The notes: generated by a model from the sequence alone, not told the origin. Positions 1 to 7,635 are shown, counted from the stretch's first letter. The stretch: 13,575 nucleotides of DNA from Nitrososphaeraceae archaeon (GCA_044870765.1 JBIOZG010000039.1:1-13575), one strand, 5' to 3'. Numbers and translations: made by a program.

Positions 1-2517
1 CTTGAAAACTCATCAAAGTTACTTCACGATAGAAAAGTGAGCAGTGAAGATAAGCGGTCCAATCTAGCTCTGCTAAAAAATGAATTAGAAACCCTGAATA
101 TCCGAATCGATGAGATATCAGGTCATGTAAATAAAAACAAGAAATTAAGAGAAAGACTACTCCAAAAGAAAACAAGATTAGCTGAAATTGAGGCCCGTCT
201 TAAAATTATGATTGTAAGACTGGAAGAAAGGAAAAATTTCAACATCAACAAGATGAGTGAAAATACTTTATCAATTCAAACAATAAGCAAATCTCTGAGA
301 GAGAAAGAACAGAAACTAAATCCTTTGGCTAAAAATACTTGTTGCTCTGAACTGGATACTGAGAAAAAACTTATCTCTGATCTTAAAACTAGACGTAAAA
401 ATTATCTGCATCAGATTGAACTATATGAAAACACCTTGGACAGGGTGCAAAAATTTGCAATCCCATACGAAGATAAATACACTATGGCAGTAGAGTTGTC
501 AAACGAGGATTTTGCAATCGCAGACTTAATAAAAAATTCTCAAGATTTTAAGATTCTTGGTATGGTAAAGGATCTTTTAAAATTTGATGATGTTTATAAA
601 AAGGCAGTTTTTGCAGTAGCCAAGGACTGGATGAAGTGTTGTATTGTTCCAACAGCAAAGGAAATGATCCGTCTTGCATCATATATCAAGGAGAAAAACC
701 TTCCAAGATTCAAGATAATTTCAATCGAACAACTCGAATCGGCAAATAGAGAACACGTCGCAATAAAAGGTTATGATTTTATAGGAAACCTTGCAGACTT
801 GGTGCGCTCCAGTATTCCAAATCTTGTCGACCTTATTTTTGGCAATGTATTTGTGGTTAGAAATTCAAAAACAGCCTATGATTTATCTAAAGACGGATAC
901 AAGAGTGTTACTATTTCAGGAGAGTTATTTGACCCCCATGCAAGTTCCCTTTCGCTAGATTTTGGCTCCAGGTTAACAGACCTAACACAAGAAATAATTC
1001 TAAATGAGTCAATTGACTCACTACTTAAAAATTCAAATGTTTTGCAAACAGAAATACAAAACAAGAAAGCAGAATTAGACAAGATAGACGACGAAATTAG
1101 CAGCAGGGAATCAAACCTTACGGATCTTGAAAAACTTGCTTCAGAAACCACTATCAATCTAAATCACCTGAACGAAGCAACACAAGTCCTAAAAAGTGAA
1201 GGAGAAAAATTAAAAATTATAAACAATACTTTATCAGCAGAAATTACCGACATTGATACCGCGTTATCCAGAACTAAGAAAAGAGATAATATTGTTGCGT
1301 CTTCGCTACTAAATTATACAACGAAAATTCAGTCCATAGGAGATGACAAAATCGACAAGGAACTATCAGAATTGTCTTTCAAGAAGAATGAAATATTAAG
1401 AAAGATAGAAAACCACGAAATTGAACTCAGAGAAATTATCACAATAATCAGCTCACTTGAAAATAGTGTAACAACCTCAGTGGAAAGACGATATGAAATT
1501 ACCAATGAAAGAGAAAGCCTTGAAGCAGAAAAGGTAGAAAGAAGGGAGCAAAGCGAATCTGCCAGCCAGAGACTTGAGCAGCTAGAAAAAGAGCTGATAA
1601 GCTTACGTGAAGAAGAACAAAGTATTATTGACGTGTCTGGAGACTCTTATTCCATTTTGCAGGACTATGAAAAGCAGATAAAGACATTAGATGAAAAGGA
1701 AAGACATCTGTATCGGGAGATAAATGGAATAGAAAAAGAATCAATTGCAATAAAGAAGGATATATCCAATTTTACAGCACAAGAATCACAGGCAATGAAC
1801 GACTTGATGTGGCTAGGTTTCAAGGAACTTTTAGAGAGTGAAATTACTGGTGTGGATATGCTGATATCAGAATTGACAAAAGAGTACGATGAACTCAAGA
1901 CAAGATTGAATCTGCGTGCACATGATACGTACATTCAGGTAATAGACGGATACAGGGACATGTCATCTAGGAAGAATTATCTTGAAAGTGAAAGGAATTC
2001 CATTGTCATATTTATCAATGAAATCGATAAGGAAAAGAAGGATGTGTTTATGGACGCCTTTAAAAAAGTAGACGATGACATCCGTAAAACGTTTGCAGAA
2101 ATCGCAGATGGCTCTGCATATCTTCAAATTGAGAATGAAGATATTTTTTCGGGGGGTTTGGCATACCTTGTTCAATTTCAAGGAAAGCCGCCAAGAGAGT
2201 CGACTGCTCTATCTGGCGGGGAAAAGACAATGGCAGCAACCGTCTTTTTGTTGGCCCTTCAGTCTCTAAAACCCTCACCCTTTTACCTTATGGATGAGGT
2301 GGATGCACACCTTGACGCTCAAAATACTGAGAGGCTTTCAAAAATCATGGTAGATAGATCAGTTGGTAGTCAAATATTGATGGTAACACTGAAGGAATCC
2401 ACAGTAGCAAAAGCAACTCAGATATTTGGAATTTATCCAAAATCCGGGGCATCGCATATTGTCCATTATAATAACCCCGACAAGGTACCGTTAGCACAGA
2501 TTAGAACAAGTGAATAG
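1..2517 (+). CDS. smc: Chromosome segregation protein SMC (5'-truncated; hinge, coiled coil and C-terminal ATPase half)
   Basis: Frame +1 is open from base 1, so the GTG at 37 is not the true start, and no Walker A is present in the window. Long heptad coiled coils flank a hinge-like block (ILGMVKDLL...SVTISGELFD). The C-terminal head has the signature LSGGEKT, Walker B/D-loop PFYLMDEVDAHLD and an archaeal-type switch region ILMVTLK. Confidence 0.96.
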   Translation, partial: LENSSKLLHDRKVSSEDKRSNLALLKNELETLNIRIDEISGHVNKNKKLRERLLQKKTRLAEIEARLKIMIVRLEERKNFNINKMSENTLSIQTISKSLREKEQKLNPLAKNTCCSELDTEKKLISDLKTRRKNYLHQIELYENTLDRVQKFAIPYEDKYTMAVELSNEDFAIADLIKNSQDFKILGMVKDLLKFDDVYKKAVFAVAKDWMKCCIVPTAKEMIRLASYIKEKNLPRFKIISIEQLESANREHVAIKGYDFIGNLADLVRSSIPNLVDLIFGNVFVVRNSKTAYDLSKDGYKSVTISGELFDPHASSLSLDFGSRLTDLTQEIILNESIDSLLKNSNVLQTEIQNKKAELDKIDDEISSRESNLTDLEKLASETTINLNHLNEATQVLKSEGEKLKIINNTLSAEITDIDTALSRTKKRDNIVASSLLNYTTKIQSIGDDKIDKELSELSFKKNEILRKIENHEIELREIITIISSLENSVTTSVERRYEITNERESLEAEKVERREQSESASQRLEQLEKELISLREEEQSIIDVSGDSYSILQDYEKQIKTLDEKERHLYREINGIEKESIAIKKDISNFTAQESQAMNDLMWLGFKELLESEITGVDMLISELTKEYDELKTRLNLRAHDTYIQVIDGYRDMSSRKNYLESERNSIVIFINEIDKEKKDVFMDAFKKVDDDIRKTFAEIADGSAYLQIENEDIFSGGLAYLVQFQGKPPRESTALSGGEKTMAATVFLLALQSLKPSPFYLMDEVDAHLDAQNTERLSKIMVDRSVGSQILMVTLKESTVAKATQIFGIYPKSGASHIVHYNNPDKVPLAQIRTSE

Positions 2518-2627
2518 CTTGGACTGGAAAATGTATTCTTGCATCTCGATATCGATTATCTAACTAGACTCGGATATTAGAAACAACATCATATTGTTTA
2601 AAGTTACAGTAAACAAAATTTTACAAG

Positions 2628-2642
2628 CACGAAATTTATTTA
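2628..2642 (+). promoter_or_regulatory. Putative BRE/TATA promoter of the 2H-fold gene
   Basis: Purine-rich CACGAAA (2628-2634) is directly followed by TTTATTTA (2635-2642), upstream of the ORF at 2659. The spacing is short, so the real start codon may lie slightly downstream. Confidence 0.45.
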
Positions 2643-2658
2643 TTTTAGCCACACTACC

Positions 2659-3423
2659 TTGTTATTACAATATCAATTGCTAAGATACACTGAAACAAAC
2701 TGGAAATACGAAAAGGGATTTGATACTCATCAATATAACTTGTCTGTTAGTGCAATATGTTCCTCTGGAACCACGAAGCAGCAGCAAGCAAAAATAGAAA
2801 AACTTTCTCTGGTGTCGTTCTTAAATAAGGATCAGAGAAGAATATTTATTAATATATCTAGGCGTCTAAAGCGTAACGACAGTGACTTTTATCAAAATAA
2901 TAATCTTCATGTAACGTTATTCGGCTTCGGCCCCCTAGCAAAAAAAGACCATGAAGCCATAAGAAAAAAGATTCAGCAATTCGTAAATCAAAAACGAATC
3001 AAAAAAGTAGATTTCAAGTTTGAATCTGTCAGGCCTGGCACTATGTATTCAGAGGGCAATACGCTAAGGCCGTTGCAGAAAATAAGCAATGGAACCGTTA
3101 TCGCATCTGGCGGGGTGAATCAGAATAAGGATTTTTTTAATTACTCAAATAATTTAGGTCAATTTTTGTTAAACGATAAAAAAACAAAATCAATACTTGG
3201 TGCCAATTTTAGAAGAAAGTTTCCCTCAGTATGGTGCACTCTAGGTTATTACGTGAGCAAGTCAAATTTCAGAATCGACAACAATCTTGAGAAAATCTTT
3301 AGTCAATACAGTGATTTGACAGGTAACGACCTTTTTAATTTCTCTATAACTGAAATTTCTCTAGTTGTATCCAACTACAAGAACTTGCGATACCCAAAAT
3401 TAATACAGAAATTTCGTTTATAG
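2659..3423 (+). CDS. 2H phosphoesterase superfamily (LigT/ThpR-like) protein with a degenerate second motif
   Basis: First motif NLHVTLFGFG (H84-V-T). The equivalent second motif reads SVWCTLGYY (W192-C-T). The C-terminal pattern ITEISLVVS...P..IQKFRL resembles the LigT/ThpR terminal strands. The protein is K/R-rich. The TTG start is uncertain. Confidence 0.65.
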   Translation: MLLQYQLLRYTETNWKYEKGFDTHQYNLSVSAICSSGTTKQQQAKIEKLSLVSFLNKDQRRIFINISRRLKRNDSDFYQNNNLHVTLFGFGPLAKKDHEAIRKKIQQFVNQKRIKKVDFKFESVRPGTMYSEGNTLRPLQKISNGTVIASGGVNQNKDFFNYSNNLGQFLLNDKKTKSILGANFRRKFPSVWCTLGYYVSKSNFRIDNNLEKIFSQYSDLTGNDLFNFSITEISLVVSNYKNLRYPKLIQKFRL

Positions 3424-3462
3424 TACTTATACTTCAAGATATACAGCACTGAACATTTAAAA

Positions 3463-4734
3463 TCATTCCCAGATCTTTTCACCAAACGTTATTTTCTTGT
3501 TCAGTAAAAAGTTACCAATTGAGGCAATGCCAACCGCAATTATCAATGAAACGGAGTATTGTATATGATAATAGTCTACAAATACAGTTACCAAGGATAA
3601 CTGCAGCGCTGCACCAAATGAACAAAGCAATAAAAAGAGACCGTATTGCATAAAAAAATGTTTTATTGAAAAATCCCAATCCTCAAATGTCCACACTTTG
3701 TTCAATACAAAGTTTGTAGAAATTGAAACGATAATACCAACAAATGTGGCATGAATATACCAAATATTTGGCACTATGTTAGACAAAAGTAATGAAAGCA
3801 GGTAATTTACCACAAGACCGCTTGCTCCCACCGTAAAGAATCTGCCAGCCTTTGACAAAAATAATACCGATTTGTGTTTCTTTTGCTCTAAAATTTCAGA
3901 TTCGTTAGCCATCGCATGTGATTTCCTACCGTATCGATAAAGATGCCATACTGCTTTTGAATAGCTGATGATTCGATTAGAATCCAATTTTTTTAAAAAT
4001 ATAGCATCTTTCTGCTCAAACGGAATCTCCTTTATAGAAACATCATCAAGTTCATTGTTTTTATTGATTTTGACAAGCATCTCTAATAGTAATTCATTTC
4101 CCTTACCTTCGATCTGTATTCCCTTAATTTGATGACGCGAGAATCCGAAGCAACTTGATAGCGGATCTTTGACGTCTTTAACTTTTAGTCCACGTTCTAC
4201 TATGATCCTAGCGCCCTTGCTTATTGTACTACGCATAAATGGTAACTGATGCATTGATGAACCTTTGGCGTACCTTGAAGCAATGATTATCGAATTTGGA
4301 GAAGTTATTAGCTCTTTAGCAAGATCGGCTAGTACCTCCTCCGGATAAGGAAAATCGGCATCCATTACCAAAATAAATTGTCCACTTGACTTTTCAATCC
4401 CTTTCATGACCGCAACAGCAAATTCTCCTCGGACGTATATGTCGACGGGTTCAACATTTTTTACAAGTTTGATTTGACGGATCTTTTTTTTATTCTCAAT
4501 AGTCATTCTTGATTCTTTATCTTTGTCTTGATAATTATTTGTGCCATCTTCTCTACTATGGTGAACCACGATAATCTCGTACGCGACATCTTTTGGAACG
4601 ATCGCCTTGATATTAGTCGGTGATTCATACAACGGGTTACCATCATTTTGGGTTGACAGAATTACTGATAATGAAGTGGAAGTGGATTCTTGAATTTTAT
4701 TAGCATTTGCTCCTTCATTATCTGAATTTAACAT
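3463..4734 (-). CDS. GT2 dolichol/polyprenol-phosphate glycosyltransferase-like domain fused to a C-terminal GtrA-like membrane domain
   Basis: GT-A motifs ILVMDADF, IIIASRY.KG, R..IS.GA, VKDPLS and KEIPF are present. The C-terminal ~130 aa has four hydrophobic segments with the GtrA pattern RFFTVGASGLVVN...NFVLNKVWTF...NFLLNKKITF. Confidence 0.88.
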   Translation of the reverse strand: MLNSDNEGANANKIQESTSTSLSVILSTQNDGNPLYESPTNIKAIVPKDVAYEIIVVHHSREDGTNNYQDKDKESRMTIENKKKIRQIKLVKNVEPVDIYVRGEFAVAVMKGIEKSSGQFILVMDADFPYPEEVLADLAKELITSPNSIIIASRYAKGSSMHQLPFMRSTISKGARIIVERGLKVKDVKDPLSSCFGFSRHQIKGIQIEGKGNELLLEMLVKINKNNELDDVSIKEIPFEQKDAIFLKKLDSNRIISYSKAVWHLYRYGRKSHAMANESEILEQKKHKSVLFLSKAGRFFTVGASGLVVNYLLSLLLSNIVPNIWYIHATFVGIIVSISTNFVLNKVWTFEDWDFSIKHFFMQYGLFLLLCSFGAALQLSLVTVFVDYYHIQYSVSLIIAVGIASIGNFLLNKKITFGEKIWE

Positions 4735-4916
4735 GAAACTGTAACTTAGATATTTAATCCAGTGCCTGTATTAATATTGTTTTTTTTAGAATTGCCTGCA
4801 TGCTTTTTTTAAGTAGAGATCCAAACACATATCTAAAGAAGCACATAAGTTGATAAGAAAATCTGATTCTGATTTTGAAAATGGAGAATGAATTTTAGTC
4901 AGTTACAATGACTATT

Positions 4917-4923
4917 TTTATAT
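4917..4923 (+). promoter_or_regulatory. TATA box of the SIS gene (probably a leaderless transcript)
   Basis: TTTATAT at 4917-4923 ends 26 nt before the ATG at 4950, which is canonical archaeal spacing. Confidence 0.6.
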
Positions 4924-4949
4924 TTAATGTACGTAAATGTCAATAGAGT

Positions 4950-5864
4950 ATGAATTCAATTGAATCTCTTAAACTGGATTTTAATTCTCAAATTAGTCAA
5001 TTAAGCAAGTTAAGTAATGAAAAAATTTTTGAAGAGTGTATATTCGTTGGATCAGGGGACTCTTATGTTGCCGGTCTTATTGCTGAATATCTCACTAATC
5101 ATAAATGTAGGTGCTATAGTCCTTCGGACCTGTTGAAATCAAATTTCTTGCAGGATATTACATACTGTTTTATTTCAGTAACAGGAAGAACTAGGGCCAA
5201 TATTGAGCTTGCCAGGACAGCTAGAAAATCAGGTATCAAGACTGTTGCCCTAACGTTAAATAAAAATAGTGAACTTGCACATACCTGCGAGCGTGTATTT
5301 CCTCTCAAGATAACAAAAGTGAAAACTCCTACTGCAGGATTTAGTACTTTTCTGGCAAATGTGGTTTCGTGTTTACAACTCGCTGGCATAGACCTGCCAA
5401 AGAAATTTGAGATATGGTTTAAGGAGGGAACCAAACTTTCCCAAAGATCGCTAAAAAATGTCACATTACCAAATGCTGGCGCCCATATACTTGGTAACAA
5501 TTTGTTTTATGCGATTGCTTTGTATACATCTTTTCAAATGGCAGAGTTTTTTGGGAGCAGTTTTACGGCGCACAGGTTAGAAGAGTTTTGTCACTCACCA
5601 ATTTTTGGTTTAAAAAAATCTCAAGATATATGGATTTTAGGGGAGAAAGAAGAGCGGATAAGTCAAAGTCTTGGAAAATTGGGATTTCGTACTTTTTATA
5701 CTGAACTTTATAATTCAGACATGGTCACACAATTATTTGAATCAATATTTTTTGTGCAGAATTTAATTCTGCTTTTGGCAAAAAAATACGGATATAACGA
5801 ATTACAATACACGGTAATGAAAGATGTGCTAAAGGCTTCGTCTGATATCATATACCTGAATTAA
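4950..5864 (+). CDS. Tandem SIS-domain phosphosugar isomerase (GlmS isomerase-domain-like, no glutaminase domain)
   Basis: Motifs FVGSGDSYVAG, ISVTGRT and ALTLNKNSELA in the first SIS domain, and ILGNNLFYAIA...AE...LEEFCHSP in the second (equivalent to the GlmS E-x-x-H-G-P region). At 304 aa there is no N-terminal Ntn amidotransferase domain. Confidence 0.85.
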   Translation: MNSIESLKLDFNSQISQLSKLSNEKIFEECIFVGSGDSYVAGLIAEYLTNHKCRCYSPSDLLKSNFLQDITYCFISVTGRTRANIELARTARKSGIKTVALTLNKNSELAHTCERVFPLKITKVKTPTAGFSTFLANVVSCLQLAGIDLPKKFEIWFKEGTKLSQRSLKNVTLPNAGAHILGNNLFYAIALYTSFQMAEFFGSSFTAHRLEEFCHSPIFGLKKSQDIWILGEKEERISQSLGKLGFRTFYTELYNSDMVTQLFESIFFVQNLILLLAKKYGYNELQYTVMKDVLKASSDIIYLN

Positions 5865-5913
5865 ATTGTCATTTGCATTTATAATTAAATATAGAATAAC
5901 TTAACTGACTACG

Positions 5914-5937
5914 GATTTTTTTGAAAAATCTTTCAAA
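5914..5937 (+). terminator. T7 tract (possible SIS terminator) overlapping two inverted repeats
   Basis: T run at 5916-5922, with GATTTTT/AAAAATC (5914-5930) and TTTGAAA-N4-TTTCAAA (5920-5937) dyads. Confidence 0.35.
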
Positions 5938-6006
5938 CAAAAATTAACATCGCAGCCTCCATCAACATTTATGTAGGTAAGAAGAAAGTCAAAATCTACA
6001 TAAGAA

Positions 6007-7122
6007 ATGACCATTGCTGTAGTGACGGGAACCAGACCCGAGATTATCAAGATGTACCCAATTATAAAACTATTTGATTCAAAATCTATTCACTACAAGT
6101 ATATTCACACAGGACAACACTATGATTACGATTTATTCCTAAAGTTCATTGAAGAATTCGAAATTCGTAAACCCGATGTCTATGTTTCAGGTGATGTTTC
6201 TGATCCAGTAAACCAGGTTTCCAGCATAATGGGGAAAATGGGTTCAATATTAAATGAAATGAAACCCTCTGTTGTTTTGATCGAGGGCGATACAAACAGT
6301 GTTCTTGCAAGTGCCCTGGCATCTATTAAGTCGAGTATTCCAATTGCACATATCGAATCTGGTTTAAGGAGTAATGATTGGAAGACGGTTGAAGAACATA
6401 ACAGGAAAATTGTAGATCATATTTCGGATATCCTATTTTCACCCACCAAAGTTTCTACTGACAATCTCCAAAATGAGAATGTCCACGGGCAGATTCATAC
6501 TGTTGGAAATACAGTCATCGATGCAATTAGTCTTTGTCTTAAAAACTATTCCACCAAGAGTAACGGTAATGCAAAAGGTATGGAAACTGGTGCATCATTG
6601 GGTTTTGACGACAATGAGGAATTTGTTCTTGTTACATTACACAGATCTGAAAATGTGGATGATGCGGGCATCATAAGGCAAATCCTGATGGCACTCTCAG
6701 ATTCGAATTTAAACTATATCTTTCCTATGCATCCACATACAATGAAAAGAATCCAAGAGTTCGGTTTGATAAATGATATCGCAAAGAGAATTAAAATCAT
6801 ACCTCCTCTGGGATACCTTGAATTCCTTAAGTTAATGATGAGGTGTAAATTTATTATTACCGATTCTGGAGGTGTTCAAGAAGAAATAACTTCACCACAA
6901 ATAAATAAACAGGCACTGGTTCTGAGAGACTGTACCGAGAGGCCTGAATCAGTAGAATCTGGGCATTCAATATTATGCAAATTAGAACACCAAGCTATAC
7001 TAGAACGCATAAAACTGCTTGAATCGAATGCTCCAAAAGAAAAGAGACTAATGAAATGTCCTTACGGAAATGGCGATGCAGCAATTAAAATTGCTGAAAT
7101 TATAGAAAAAAAATTTACTTGA
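6007..7122 (+). CDS. wecB: UDP-N-acetylglucosamine 2-epimerase (non-hydrolysing)
   Basis: Full motif set: GTRPEIIKM, HTGQHYD, EGDTNS, HIESGLRS, EEHNR, TLHRSEN, PMHP, TDSGGVQEE, LRDCTERPE and PYGNGDAA. Confidence 0.96.
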   Translation: MTIAVVTGTRPEIIKMYPIIKLFDSKSIHYKYIHTGQHYDYDLFLKFIEEFEIRKPDVYVSGDVSDPVNQVSSIMGKMGSILNEMKPSVVLIEGDTNSVLASALASIKSSIPIAHIESGLRSNDWKTVEEHNRKIVDHISDILFSPTKVSTDNLQNENVHGQIHTVGNTVIDAISLCLKNYSTKSNGNAKGMETGASLGFDDNEEFVLVTLHRSENVDDAGIIRQILMALSDSNLNYIFPMHPHTMKRIQEFGLINDIAKRIKIIPPLGYLEFLKLMMRCKFIITDSGGVQEEITSPQINKQALVLRDCTERPESVESGHSILCKLEHQAILERIKLLESNAPKEKRLMKCPYGNGDAAIKIAEIIEKKFT

Positions 7123-7260
7123 AATTGCCCAAAAATTTAGCCTTATTCGATTGATTCTGAAGTTGCTTCTTGACAACAGGCCTTTAATATCAACGCAGTA
7201 GGTATCGTAAGAAACGTCTGTTCATGGTATATGACGGATGCGGGAAACTCAATTTTTGGC

Positions 7261-7286
7261 TAAATTGTAATAATAAATTGTAATAA
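7261..7286. repeat. Perfect tandem duplication of the 13-mer TAAATTGTAATAA
   Basis: Copies read directly at 7261-7273 and 7274-7286. Confidence 0.85.
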
Positions 7287-7316
7287 ATATTAAGTCTACA
7301 CCTTGAAGCTAAATCT

Positions 7317-7371
7317 AAAAAAAATTAAAATGAGCCAACAGCCATTAGGCTGAGGCTTATAGATAAAAAAA
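7317..7371 (-). terminator. Terminator region of the small-peptide gene: T7 tract, then a hairpin followed by T tracts
   Basis: On the minus strand the stop codon is followed by T7 (7365-7371), a hairpin at 7330-7360 (CAGCC/GGCTG core plus an AGCC/GGCT outer stem) and then T4-AA-T8 (7317-7330). Confidence 0.6.
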
Positions 7372-7372
7372 G

Positions 7373-7594
7373 TTACCTACAGGGCAGAGGTCCTTTTCCG
7401 TTAGTATGGTGATCACAATTTAGTCCGTATCCGTCACCTTGAACTACTCCATAGTGCTTGCCTGGATTATCTCCTTTCTTAGCCTCTACATCCATTCCGT
7501 ATGGCAATGCATAAGCACTAATCATTAATGCTGCCACAGCAATTATTATGTACATTTTGTGTTGACTTAAACCTTCGACAATCTTGTTTATCAT
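7373..7594 (-). CDS. Small exported peptide precursor (signal peptide or anchor plus a Gly/His/Cys-rich tail), function unknown
   Basis: ATG start. A hydrophobic core MYIIIAVAALMISAYAL follows HK, then a V-E-A site consistent with signal peptidase I cleavage, then KKGDNPGKHYGVVQGDGYGLNCDHHTNGKGPLPCR. It has its own TATA box and T-tract terminator. Confidence 0.8.
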   Translation of the reverse strand: MINKIVEGLSQHKMYIIIAVAALMISAYALPYGMDVEAKKGDNPGKHYGVVQGDGYGLNCDHHTNGKGPLPCR

Positions 7595-7620
7595 TTACAA
7601 TTTGTAGCAGCCGAAGAGAC

Positions 7621-7635
7621 TATTTAAGCATTTGG
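7621..7635 (-). promoter_or_regulatory. BRE/TATA promoter of the small-peptide gene
   Basis: The minus strand reads CCAAATGC-TTAAATA. The TATA element (7621-7627) ends 26 nt before the ATG at 7594. Confidence 0.65.

Noticed and set aside
37-39. GTG start for SMC given by the ORF track
   Set aside because: The frame is open from base 1 and the N-terminal Walker A head is missing, so the gene starts upstream of the window.
876-2278. Short ORFs inside smc (876-1157, 1665-1934, 1963-2181, 2060-2278, 2075-2269)
   Set aside because: They are antisense or out-of-frame shadows of a well-supported gene and have no motifs.
1-3423. smc plus downstream gene as a Wadjet/Lamassu-type defence system or Rad50/Mre11 pair
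   Set aside because: The protein has a globular hinge and canonical condensin-type head motifs. There is no CxxC zinc hook and no jet, lmu or nuclease partner visible.
7129-7266. 9-bp inverted repeats (CCAAAAATT/AATTTTTGG and AATTTAGCC/GGCTAAATT) suggesting a MITE
   Set aside because: The arms are short, AT-rich and mutually overlapping, with no target-site duplication or second copy in the window.
7261-7286. 13-bp tandem repeat as a CRISPR remnant
   Set aside because: There are two adjacent copies with no spacer, the unit is too short, and no cas genes are present. It is most likely a slippage duplication.
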